Shown piece after piece: positions 40,249 through 48,857 of a DNA stretch of 64,000 bases. The notes under the pieces were generated by a model. That model saw only the letters and a list, made by a program, of their open reading frames with translations. It searched no databases and was not told the DNA's origin. Origin of the DNA: Myxococcales bacterium (lineage in GTDB: Bacteria; Myxococcota_A; Polyangia; Fen-1088). The DNA lies in NCBI GenBank assembly GCA_022184915.1, contig JAGTJU010000001.1:868057-932056 (forward strand), given 5' to 3'. Position 1 is the stretch's first letter. The number at the start of each line of letters is the position of its first letter. The translations under genes and the position numbers were made by a program.

Positions 40249-41385
40249 ATGCGACTCCCTCGGCATCGTTCAGCACAGACCCGTGCGCGGGGCGTCCTGG
40301 TTGCCTTGATGACGGCCTGGTCCCTTGCGTCCTGCGGAGACGACGTGCTGGCCCCCGAAGGCCCGAGCAACCCGGACCTGGTGCGTGAGGCGCGTGCCCT
40401 GGTGAGGGTCCAAGAGGTTCCCGAGGGGGTGCGCTGCCTGCGCGTCACGGTGGCGGGGGTGTTTACGATGCAGTTTTCCTTGGACGTCGAGGCGGGCAAG
40501 GTCACGTCTCTCTCCGCGGGGGGCCTGCCCACCGGCATTGTTCATTTTCAGGCGGAAGCCTTCGAGTCGGCCTGCGCTTCGGTGACGACCTCGGACATCG
40601 CTGAGTGGCGCAGCGCCCCGCAGACACAGACTTTGGTTGCGGGCACCACGGCTGTTTTGACGCTCGTGCTCCGCCGAAACGGGGTGGCGGAGGTAGGATT
40701 TGGCTTCGAGTTCGCAAAGCCCTGTGCGCCAGGCGCAAACGCCTGCAGCAGCGACGAGCTTTGTTTCGTGCTGGCCTGCGGGGACGCCTCCGGCGGATGC
40801 CTGAAGAGGCCGCTCACCTGTTCGCAACAATACGACCCCGTCTGCGGCTGTGATGGCGTGACCTATGCCAACGCGTGCGAAGCCGCCGCGGCAGATCGTT
40901 CGGTGGCCCACGCAGGCGCCTGCAGCTGCGGAGGCCCAAATGCTGTCACCTGCGCGGCAGGTTATGCGTGTACGTATCCGGACGGCGTCTGCGCCAGTCC
41001 TGGCCAAACGGGTGTATGTACGGCGGCGCCGGTGGCGTGCCCCAGTGTGTCCGAGCCCGTGTGTGGCTGCGACGGAAGAACGTATGCGAACCGCTGTCTG
41101 GCGGCAGCGGCTGGGGCATCGGTTCTCGCGGAAGGCGCTTGCGCGCCGATCCCCTGCGGAGGTCCGGTGAACGCAGGCTGTCCGGCCTCCATGTTCTGCT
41201 CGTTTGCGGACGGAACGTGCGCGGACCCGGTGCGCGTCGGTGTTTGCGTGGAGCGCCCTCGTCTTTGCCCCACGATACAGTACGCCCCCGTGTGCGCATG
41301 CAACGGCAAACAGTACACGAACGTCTGCCTCGCCAATGCGGTGGGCGCCTCCGTGGCCAACCGCGGCCCCTGCGTGTCCCCGTAG
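40249..41385 (+). CDS. Lipoprotein with three Kazal-type serine-protease-inhibitor domains
   Basis: Lipobox SLASC. Three PVCGCDG.TYAN.C repeats (Kazal signature). Confidence 0.7.
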   Translation: MRLPRHRSAQTRARGVLVALMTAWSLASCGDDVLAPEGPSNPDLVREARALVRVQEVPEGVRCLRVTVAGVFTMQFSLDVEAGKVTSLSAGGLPTGIVHFQAEAFESACASVTTSDIAEWRSAPQTQTLVAGTTAVLTLVLRRNGVAEVGFGFEFAKPCAPGANACSSDELCFVLACGDASGGCLKRPLTCSQQYDPVCGCDGVTYANACEAAAADRSVAHAGACSCGGPNAVTCAAGYACTYPDGVCASPGQTGVCTAAPVACPSVSEPVCGCDGRTYANRCLAAAAGASVLAEGACAPIPCGGPVNAGCPASMFCSFADGTCADPVRVGVCVERPRLCPTIQYAPVCACNGKQYTNVCLANAVGASVANRGPCVSP

Positions 41386-41397
41386 CAAGGCGCGGTC

Positions 41398-41952
41398 ATG
41401 TCGACGAGAAGCGGTCCCATGAACGCGCGCACGAGAATCAACCTGGCTCTACTCGTCGGTGCTTTGTGCGTGTCCTGCGGCGATGGGCTTTGGTCGCCCG
41501 ACGCGGGTGCAGACGCGGCCCTCGTGGCGAGCGATGGCCCTCGCTTCGATTTCGAGACAGGCCCCCTTCCCGCCTGCGAAACGCCGCGCGTGAAGATCGT
41601 CGCTGCGTACCCTGGCGAAATCGCCGTGGGACAGTCCGCTCGGATCGAGGCGGCTTTGCTGACCTTCCCAGATGCTGATGGCGGTACGCCACAGCTCTCC
41701 TGGTGGCTTCAGCGTGCGGGCGCCGCTTCACCCACGGCGACTCTCGAGGTCCGCGGAGCTTGTGGTGCGGGTGCCGCCGCGTGTGCCACGGTCACGTGTA
41801 CCGATGCGCCTTCGGCTTTCGAGGCGGGCGACGCCGCGCTCAGCGATACGGAGATACAGGTCATGGTGCGCTACGACGACGGCTCGTGCTTCGATGCCAG
41901 TCGTATCTTCGTGCCGTGTCGGCCCGTCTCCCAGCGAGATGCGGGCTCCTGA
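41398..41952 (+). CDS. Lipoprotein, hypothetical
   Basis: Lipobox ALCVSC. Cys-rich. 13 nt after the Kazal gene. Confidence 0.4.
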   Translation: MSTRSGPMNARTRINLALLVGALCVSCGDGLWSPDAGADAALVASDGPRFDFETGPLPACETPRVKIVAAYPGEIAVGQSARIEAALLTFPDADGGTPQLSWWLQRAGAASPTATLEVRGACGAGAAACATVTCTDAPSAFEAGDAALSDTEIQVMVRYDDGSCFDASRIFVPCRPVSQRDAGS

Positions 41953-42029
41953 AGGCTGTGCGTGTCGCCGTCCGTACGTCATCAAGTCGTCACTTGCCAC
42001 GGCCAGGCGCAGTAGGATAGGCACTGGGC

Positions 42030-42674
42030 GTGATTCGGCACGAACGCCCCTGCAAACCTGCAATCGCCAGCTGCAAGCGGATCGCTCTTGCCATGGCGTG
42101 CTGGGTTTGTTTCGTGCCCGGCTGCAATGACGTGGATGAGCGTCCCGCGGAGTGGGCCTTCATCGCGCCCGTCATCATTGCGCCCAACTGCGCCACGGCC
42201 AGCTGTCACTCTGCGCAGGCCGCAGCCGCAGGGCTTGATCTCTCGGAGCCTGGGAAGGCCTACGAGAGCTTGCTCGCGCAGGAGGCGCAGTACCTCGACC
42301 CTGGGGCCGTGGGCGTGGCGCCTGCCGTCTGCAGGGCAGAGCGGGGTGGGATCTTGTGTCCGACGACGAGACCCCTCGTGGCGCCCTGTCGCCCTGACGA
42401 GTCGAGGTTGGTGAACACCCTTTTCGCACGCGGCACGCAGCAGATGCCGCCGGATCGGCCGCTCCCCCTCGCGGATATCGAGCTCATCGAGCGCTGGATC
42501 CTGGCGGGTGCCAAGCGAAGTCCGCAGGACCTCCTCCCCCGTTGCGGAGAACCGTTGGCACCGGGCGCCGATGCGGGCGCACCGGATGCCGCCGCTCCTG
42601 CCGCGAACCTGGACGCAGCGTCAGCGTCTGATGCGGACGTTGGCGGAGCCAACGACGGCGGAGGTGTGGGATGA
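42030..42674 (+). CDS. PSCyt1-like domain lipoprotein (CX4CH variant)
   Basis: GTG start. Lipobox FVPGC. APVIIAPNCATASCHS...GLDLS...MPPDRPLPLADIELIERWILAGA follows the PSCyt1 pattern, but with C-x4-CH spacing. Confidence 0.5.
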   Translation: MIRHERPCKPAIASCKRIALAMACWVCFVPGCNDVDERPAEWAFIAPVIIAPNCATASCHSAQAAAAGLDLSEPGKAYESLLAQEAQYLDPGAVGVAPAVCRAERGGILCPTTRPLVAPCRPDESRLVNTLFARGTQQMPPDRPLPLADIELIERWILAGAKRSPQDLLPRCGEPLAPGADAGAPDAAAPAANLDAASASDADVGGANDGGGVG

Positions 42675-43846
42675 AACGTGGGGGCAAGACCTCGTTCCTT
42701 GGTTTCCTTGCTCTCCTTGGGCTGGGGCTTGTCGTCATGCTGCTCGCGCCCCGCGCCGCGCAGGCTTATCCCCAGTGGCAGTTCTCTGCGGGAGCCACAC
42801 GCTGCAATCAGTGCCACTACGCCCCCACGGGCGGTGGCCTCATCAACGGCTATGGTCGCGATGCGATCGGTGAGGAGCTCTCGACGTGGCAGGGCGACGG
42901 GGCGTTTCTTCACGGCGCCGCGGACCTTCCTCGTGTCTTGAAGTTGGGGCTCGACCTGCGTTTCGCGATGTTATCGAACGACAACGGCGGCCCCGATCAA
43001 CCAAAGAACGCCTTCTTTCCCATGCAGCTCGACGCACACGTGCGCCTCGAGGCGGGAGCGTTCGCATTTCAGGGCATCGTGGGGGGACGTGCCCAGGTGC
43101 GAAGCGCCGACGCCCCGGTGCCGCAAAGCAACTTCCAGCCCGAGAGCGGCAGCCGCCTCGTCTCGCGTGAGCACTGGGCGATCTGGCAGCCTGCCGCGCG
43201 TGGCATGTACGTGCGGGCTGGGCGCTTTTTTGCCCCCTTTGGCCTTCGGCTCGCCGAACACCTCGTGTACGTGCGCCGCGACCTCGGCTTCAACATCCTG
43301 GAAGAAACGTACAACGTCTCTGCGGGTTTCCTCGACAACGGCTGGGAAGCGCATCTGACGCTCTTTGCCCCGGACTTCCTTCAAAACGGAAGCCAAGAGA
43401 CCGGGGTGGCCGCCTACGCCGAAAGACGGGTGCTGAACGAACTCGCCAGCGTCGCCGTCCAGGGCCGCTTTGCCAGCCGTGAGGGCGCCCAGCGGGGCAT
43501 CGGAGGCGTGGTGCTCAAGGGCTACATCGAGCCCGCACGTCTTCTCGTCATGGGCGAGGGCAATTACATCCAGAACATGCCGGAGGGGGTCGACGCCGTG
43601 GGGCAGTTTGCCGGGCTGCTGGGCGCCTCGTGGCTGCCCCCGCTGCGCGGCTTCCTGGTGACGTTGTGGGGCGAACGGCTGCAGACCGACCTCGCCACGC
43701 AGAACACGGCGTTGAATGCGCTCACGGGCCTCGTGTCGTGGTTTCCCTATCCCCACTTCGAGCTTCAGCTGGTGGCGCGCCACCAAGCCGCCGACGGTGC
43801 CCGCGCGATGACCACGCTGCTCGCGCAGCTCCACTACTTCCTGTGA
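42671..43846 (+). CDS. Secreted protein with N-terminal CxxCH motif and beta-rich (possible outer-membrane barrel) body
   Basis: ATGA overlap with the upstream gene. Signal peptide ...AAQA. CNQCH at mature residue about 15. Alternating hydrophobic pattern and an aromatic C-terminus (HYFL). Confidence 0.5.
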   Translation: MKRGGKTSFLGFLALLGLGLVVMLLAPRAAQAYPQWQFSAGATRCNQCHYAPTGGGLINGYGRDAIGEELSTWQGDGAFLHGAADLPRVLKLGLDLRFAMLSNDNGGPDQPKNAFFPMQLDAHVRLEAGAFAFQGIVGGRAQVRSADAPVPQSNFQPESGSRLVSREHWAIWQPAARGMYVRAGRFFAPFGLRLAEHLVYVRRDLGFNILEETYNVSAGFLDNGWEAHLTLFAPDFLQNGSQETGVAAYAERRVLNELASVAVQGRFASREGAQRGIGGVVLKGYIEPARLLVMGEGNYIQNMPEGVDAVGQFAGLLGASWLPPLRGFLVTLWGERLQTDLATQNTALNALTGLVSWFPYPHFELQLVARHQAADGARAMTTLLAQLHYFL

Positions 43847-43850
43847 GGCC

Positions 43851-44570
43851 ATGGTGAAGGTTTTATCGTGGTTGCCAATCGTTGCTTTCGCCGTGGGGGG
43901 CGCTTGTTCACCGCCTGACGCGGCCACAGACCCCACGTGGGCCGATGTGTATCCGATCCTTCAGGGGCAGTGCCTGCACTGTCACGGCTCGACGGCCGCC
44001 AAGGACGGTGGCAACTATCGCTTCGACCTGCTCGACGCCTCGAGCGTCTGCAAACAAGAGGAGGCTGACGACCTCGTTGCGGGGCTCTCACCTCCGTCAT
44101 CGTTCTATGCGGCGCGGCGGCTCATCCTCGCCGACATCACGCCCTATGCCGCGGGATTCCGTCCGAAGATGCCGCCCGAGCCGGGGCGCGCGCTCGAGGG
44201 GTGGCAAGCAGAGACGCTCGAGAGGTTCGTGGCGAAGCTCGATGCGTTGCCCTTCACCGAGGCGATGACGGCAGGTCTGGGCCCTCTTCCGGCAGACGCG
44301 CGATCGCCAACCATTTCCGCAAGCTACGCCCGCAACGGGAACACCCTGGTCGTCGACTACGTGGTCGAAGACGAAAACGCCGATGCGGTGGTGGGTCAGC
44401 TTCGGGTGGGTCAGGGCCTGCGGTCCCCGATCGAGGGATCGGGGCGGGGCCAGGCGCGCTTCGACCTCGGCGGAACCACGGGACCCTGGCCCATCGATGC
44501 CCGGCTCTGCGATGGATGGGATGTTCGTACACGCGGCGCCCCCGACGGCTTGCCCACGGTGCCACCCTGA
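43851..44570 (+). CDS. PSCyt1-like domain lipoprotein (canonical CxxCH)
   Basis: Starts 5 nt after the upstream stop. Lipobox AVGGAC. WADVYPILQGQCLHCHGS...YRFDLL...KMPPEPGRAL.GW matches the PSCyt1 consensus. Confidence 0.55.
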   Translation: MVKVLSWLPIVAFAVGGACSPPDAATDPTWADVYPILQGQCLHCHGSTAAKDGGNYRFDLLDASSVCKQEEADDLVAGLSPPSSFYAARRLILADITPYAAGFRPKMPPEPGRALEGWQAETLERFVAKLDALPFTEAMTAGLGPLPADARSPTISASYARNGNTLVVDYVVEDENADAVVGQLRVGQGLRSPIEGSGRGQARFDLGGTTGPWPIDARLCDGWDVRTRGAPDGLPTVPP

Positions 44571-44716
44571 CCTGCACCCTCTCGAAACCGGAGGCTACGG
44601 TCGCTCGCGACACGCCCTGGCTCTGAAACGTCACACGCGTCGCAAAAGGGCGTTGGTATAAGACCGCCGTCCAGAACGGTGCCCATCGGGGGCGCCTGCC
44701 AGGAAGGGTTTCGACC

Positions 44717-45634
44717 ATGACCAGCTTACACGGTGGCTTGACCGTGAGTCCATCGGGATTGGCACGTGTGCACGCCTCGTCACGCGTAATGCTCGACGTC
44801 GTCGAGCAGGTGAGGCGTCTCGCTCGTAGCCAGGTCAACGTACTGTTCCTGGGTGAGACCGGCACGGGCAAAGCCCTCTTGGCGCGCGCGCTGCATGAGG
44901 AAAGTCACCGCGCCCACGCGCCTTTCGTGCGCGTCGACTGTCGAGACGTGCACGCCGACGCGCGGGACCTCTTCGACGACGACGCACCGGGCGCCCCGGC
45001 GCGCGCGGGGGGCGGAACGCTCTTTTTGGACGAGGTCGCTGAGCTTCCGGGCCCGCTTCAACAGAGCCTCTTGCGCTGGCTGGACGGGCGAAGCTCGTTC
45101 GGCGACATGCCTGTAGGGGCGGGGGAGGTCCGCGTCGTTTCCGCGAGCTGCCGCGCGATCGAAGCGGTCGCTTCGTCTGCCGCCTTTCGGCAGGATCTCT
45201 ATTTTCGTCTCGCCGTGGCCCTGGTTCACGTGCCTCCCCTGCGCGATCGCGTGGAAGATCTGCCGCGGCTCGCGAATGATCTGCTCGCCGAGTTGGGGCG
45301 CCCCGAGCTCTTGCTGAGCCCGGAGACTCTCGTGTTGCTGAGTGCGCACCTTTGGCCTGGGAACGTCAGGGAACTGAAGAACGCCTTGGCAGCGGCCCTC
45401 GCCTTGGCGGACGGGGGCACCCTCGAGCCCAGGCACTTCAGATCGCTTGGCCACGAAGGCGCGCCCTCGGTGCTCGAGCGCCTCCCGCTGGGAGGCCAGA
45501 GATTGGAACATCTCGAACGCGCGGCCATCAAGCAAACGCTCACGCAGACCCGGGGGAACAAAGTGCAGGCAGCGCGTACGCTGGGGATCGCGCCCTCGAC
45601 GCTCTACGAGAAGCTCAAGCGCTACGGCCTCTGA
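44717..45634 (+). CDS. Sigma-54-dependent transcriptional activator (bacterial enhancer-binding protein), AAA+ plus Fis-type HTH, no N-terminal sensor domain
   Basis: Walker A GETGTGK. GAFTGA-region equivalent. ESELFGH-like, arginine finger. C-terminal HTH (RGNKVQAARTLGIAPSTLYEKLKRYGL). Confidence 0.75.
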   Translation: MTSLHGGLTVSPSGLARVHASSRVMLDVVEQVRRLARSQVNVLFLGETGTGKALLARALHEESHRAHAPFVRVDCRDVHADARDLFDDDAPGAPARAGGGTLFLDEVAELPGPLQQSLLRWLDGRSSFGDMPVGAGEVRVVSASCRAIEAVASSAAFRQDLYFRLAVALVHVPPLRDRVEDLPRLANDLLAELGRPELLLSPETLVLLSAHLWPGNVRELKNALAAALALADGGTLEPRHFRSLGHEGAPSVLERLPLGGQRLEHLERAAIKQTLTQTRGNKVQAARTLGIAPSTLYEKLKRYGL

Positions 45635-45640
45635 GCTCCG

Positions 45641-46960
45641 TCACGCAAAGCCCCCTCGTCCCTGAAACGAAAACGCCCCCGGCACAGGCTTCGTGGCCAT
45701 CTGCGGAAGAAAGCCCTCGAGCTTCTCGAGCACGCGCAGCTGGCGTCCCGCGTGCTGATCGGCCCTCAGGTGTACGCCAAGACCGTAGCGTACGAAGAGC
45801 TCATCGATGAGCAGCGCACGCATCTGCCCGCGCAGGTGTTGCGAGTAAAGGGCCGACAAACTCTCCTCGGGGCTTGCGATCTTACCCATGCGGTAGCGCG
45901 TGGCGGGGGCAAGCACCAAGCGGGCGCGCGCGAGCGCTTCGGTCCAGGGGGCCTCGTCCTGAGACAGCCGCCACAGCGGGTCGGCGTCGCTCGGCGCGCG
46001 CTCTCGTGACGCTTCGTCTGCGTTCGGGGGCTCAATCACGTGCTCGACCGGACCAATGCCACTCATGAGGTGCAGCGCCTGTGCGGCAGCGGGCGCGAGG
46101 CCCTCGATGGTCAAGGCCCGCAGCAACGTGGGCACGAGGGCGCCATCTCCCAGCAGGCCCGCCGCGAAGGTGGCGAAGGCGTCGCCGGTCTCGATGTGTT
46201 TGGCGAGGAGGGATGCGGCGCGGGGACCTCCGAGGAACGCCAACACCACGGGCGCCCATGCTTGGTTCAGCGCTTGCGCCAGCAGCCAGTGCGCCAGCTG
46301 CGGGTCTTCTGTCCGGCACAAGGCCAGTGCCGCGGCGCGGGCCACCGGGGCTTCGCTTGCCCCCAGCGCTTCGATGAGGGCATCGCGCGCGGGCGCCTCA
46401 CCGATTTGCCCCAAAGCCCAGAGCCACGTGGCAGGGGTCGGCACGCCCTGGCGAAGGCCCGCCAACAAGGCCGGCCCCACGTCCCAGCGTTGGTAACCGG
46501 CGGCATAGGCCAACGCCTCGGCCTCCGGCGCCGCGCCTCCGGCAACGAGCGTCGCCTGCACGTCGCCGAGGTCACCTCCCCAGGGCTCGTGGGCCAGGGC
46601 CGTTCTCAGCGCTTCGGCAGGGGAGGGCTCCCGCGCCGCCAGGCGGTTGGGATCCACGTTCAGCGCCAGCGCCTCGTTCGCCGTGACCCTCAAGGCCGCC
46701 ATGTTCCCCGCATGCGCGAGCGTTCGCGTGGCCGCGTACACGGCTCCTCCGCCGTCGAGCGGGACCGCACGACAGAAGTCTGCTGCGTCTTTGCCGCCGA
46801 AAAACAGCAGATCCAGATGGGCGTCGAGACGGTCATCGAGGGATCGCACCTGAGACAGGCCGAGCTCGGGAGGATCCAGGTCCTGGCAGCGCCGCACGAA
46901 GAGCGTGCCCGCCTCCTCTAGGCTCTCCTCGAACAGCTCTTGGTTGAAGCGAATGGCCAT
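45641..46960 (-). CDS. TIGR02270-like hypothetical protein (paralog of 47531..48847)
   Basis: Its N-terminal E-E-S-x-x-E-A-x-x-L pattern and helical-repeat composition resemble the downstream TIGR02270-like protein. The family is described as being of unknown function and T6SS/VgrG-associated in Proteobacteria. Confidence 0.4.
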   Translation of the reverse strand: MAIRFNQELFEESLEEAGTLFVRRCQDLDPPELGLSQVRSLDDRLDAHLDLLFFGGKDAADFCRAVPLDGGGAVYAATRTLAHAGNMAALRVTANEALALNVDPNRLAAREPSPAEALRTALAHEPWGGDLGDVQATLVAGGAAPEAEALAYAAGYQRWDVGPALLAGLRQGVPTPATWLWALGQIGEAPARDALIEALGASEAPVARAAALALCRTEDPQLAHWLLAQALNQAWAPVVLAFLGGPRAASLLAKHIETGDAFATFAAGLLGDGALVPTLLRALTIEGLAPAAAQALHLMSGIGPVEHVIEPPNADEASRERAPSDADPLWRLSQDEAPWTEALARARLVLAPATRYRMGKIASPEESLSALYSQHLRGQMRALLIDELFVRYGLGVHLRADQHAGRQLRVLEKLEGFLPQMATKPVPGAFSFQGRGGFA

Positions 46961-47073
46961 GCTGCCAGCGCCAGCCTATCGCAGTCCCGTCGCTTTTGGG
47001 CAGGCGGCCTATGGACTTGGCGCCCGCACCCGGCGAAACTCGCGGGATGGAGAGCCCGAGGTCTAAGGAGCGT

Positions 47074-47529
47074 ATGTCACCGCTGGCCCTGGGGCAGGCG
47101 CGGACGGCGGCGCTGGTGGCGGCGAACGAGGACGAGGCGGGGCGGGTCTGGGCCTGGGTGGATGTGGGGCAGGGCCCCGAGCGGGCCGCGCTGCAGGTGC
47201 CGCTGTCGGCCGCGCGCCTCGAGCGCATCGCCGCCGAGCAACGCCCCGTCATCGTGTTCAGGGCCCCGGGAGGTCTCGAGGTGGTGGCCGTGGTGGGCCT
47301 GGCGTTGGCGCCGCCGCTGGCGCCGCTGGCGCCCGCGGGTGCGCCCATCGAGGCCGACGTCGACGGACAGCGACTGCGTCTTCATGCCGAGCGCGAGATC
47401 GTGCTTTCTTGCGGCAAAGCCTCGATCACCTTGCGCGCCAATGGCCGTGTGATCATTCAAGGCACGCAGATCGAGTCCTACGCCGAAGGCACGAACCGGA
47501 TCAAGGGTGGGCAAGTTCGCATCAACTGA
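47074..47529 (+). CDS. Small hypothetical protein with VgrG/gp5 C-terminal-like beta-helix repeats
   Basis: AGGAG RBS. The C-terminus (GKASITLRANGRVIIQGTQIESYAEGTNRIKGGQVRIN) resembles VgrG tail repeats. The ORF track extends it to a TTG at 46996. Confidence 0.4.
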   Translation: MSPLALGQARTAALVAANEDEAGRVWAWVDVGQGPERAALQVPLSAARLERIAAEQRPVIVFRAPGGLEVVAVVGLALAPPLAPLAPAGAPIEADVDGQRLRLHAEREIVLSCGKASITLRANGRVIIQGTQIESYAEGTNRIKGGQVRIN

Positions 47530-47530
47530 C

Positions 47531-48847
47531 ATGCCCATGCGCTCACGGCTCCCTGTTTTGTGGCCCCTCGTCGAAGAGAGCTTCGACGAGGCCGAGTTTT
47601 TGTGGCGTTCCTGGGAGGAGAGCCTCGACACCCACGCGCGCCACCTCGGCCAGGTCTGGTTTTGGACCGACGACCGCCTGCAGGGGGCCCTCGAAGGTGT
47701 GCGGCTCGGCGGGCGCCGGGCGCTCGACGAACTCTTGTTGCCCGCGCTGGCACGCCCCGAATCCCCTTTTCGGGTGCGGGCCACGGTGCACGTGCTGGCT
47801 TCCCACGCGACACCGGCGTGGGGCGCCCTGGGGGAAAGTCTGCGGGGGACAGCGTCCCTCGGCTTCGACATCGAGCGCGGCCTGCAAACGCTCACCGAGC
47901 CGCGCCAGGTGAGCGCGCTCGAAGCGTGGCTCGCGCATCAGGGTGAGGCCTCGCGGGCTCTCCGGGTGTCCTTGCGTGTGTTTCGCAAGCAAGCTTCACC
48001 GCCCGACGAGGTGAGCGCGCTTGCCGTGTCCCACGTGCCGGCGCACCGGCGGGTGGCCATGGCGGCAGCCCAGCACCTTCCGCCGGGGCTGGCCAAGCCG
48101 CTCCTGGTTCGCGGCCTCGACGACATCGAGGGCGAGGTGGCCAACGCCGCGGTCGGCGCGGGGCTCGTGCACGGCTTGCCTGCGGCGTGGGCACGCTGCT
48201 GCGAACGGGCCGCGGCACAATCATCGGCGCTCTTCGTGTTCCTGGCGGCCTGCCTCGGGGGGCCCCGCGAACGGCGTCTCGTCGAAGCCTCGCTGGGGCT
48301 TGCGCGCACACGGCCCTTTGCCCTTTCGGCCCTGGGGTTTTTGGGCACACGCAGGGCGGCCGATCTGGCCCTCGAGCTGATGAACGAAGACGCGCAGGCG
48401 CGCCTGGCGGCCGAGGCCTTTTGTGCCATCACGGGGCTCGACCTGGCCGCAGAAAACGCCGCCTTGCCGGAGCCTTTGCCGCCCGCGGGGCCCGTGCCTT
48501 TCGAGCTCGACGATCTGGATGCAGACCTCGTGCCCAAACCGGATGACCTGCTTCCCGCCCCCGACGTGGCGCGGGTTTCTGCGTGGTGGGCGGCCCACCG
48601 CAACCGCTTCGATGAGCACACCCGCTACATCGGAGGGCGGCCCCTGTCGCCCACCGCCTTGTGGGACGCGCTCGCGCGGGGGCCCATGCGTCGCCGGCAC
48701 GTGCTGGCCTTCGAGCTGGCCGTCCGCACCGCAGGGGCTTGTGACCTTCAGACCCGCGCCTTCACTTCGTTCCAGCGCCAGCAGCTCCGGCAGTTCACCG
48801 CAGAGCTCGCTGACATACCCTTTGCGATGAACGCCTTCGCCTCCTGA
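47531..48847 (+). CDS. TIGR02270-like hypothetical protein
   Basis: ATG 2 nt after the upstream TGA. N-terminal LVEESFDEAEFLWRSWEESL. HEAT-like repeats. Confidence 0.45.
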   Translation: MPMRSRLPVLWPLVEESFDEAEFLWRSWEESLDTHARHLGQVWFWTDDRLQGALEGVRLGGRRALDELLLPALARPESPFRVRATVHVLASHATPAWGALGESLRGTASLGFDIERGLQTLTEPRQVSALEAWLAHQGEASRALRVSLRVFRKQASPPDEVSALAVSHVPAHRRVAMAAAQHLPPGLAKPLLVRGLDDIEGEVANAAVGAGLVHGLPAAWARCCERAAAQSSALFVFLAACLGGPRERRLVEASLGLARTRPFALSALGFLGTRRAADLALELMNEDAQARLAAEAFCAITGLDLAAENAALPEPLPPAGPVPFELDDLDADLVPKPDDLLPAPDVARVSAWWAAHRNRFDEHTRYIGGRPLSPTALWDALARGPMRRRHVLAFELAVRTAGACDLQTRAFTSFQRQQLRQFTAELADIPFAMNAFAS

Positions 48848-48857
48848 GCCTGGCCCC

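Noticed and set aside
47074-47529. Hcp (T6SS tube) assignment for the 151-aa protein upstream of the cassette
   Set aside because: No similarity to the conserved Hcp N-terminus. Only the C-terminal beta-repeat resembles VgrG tails.
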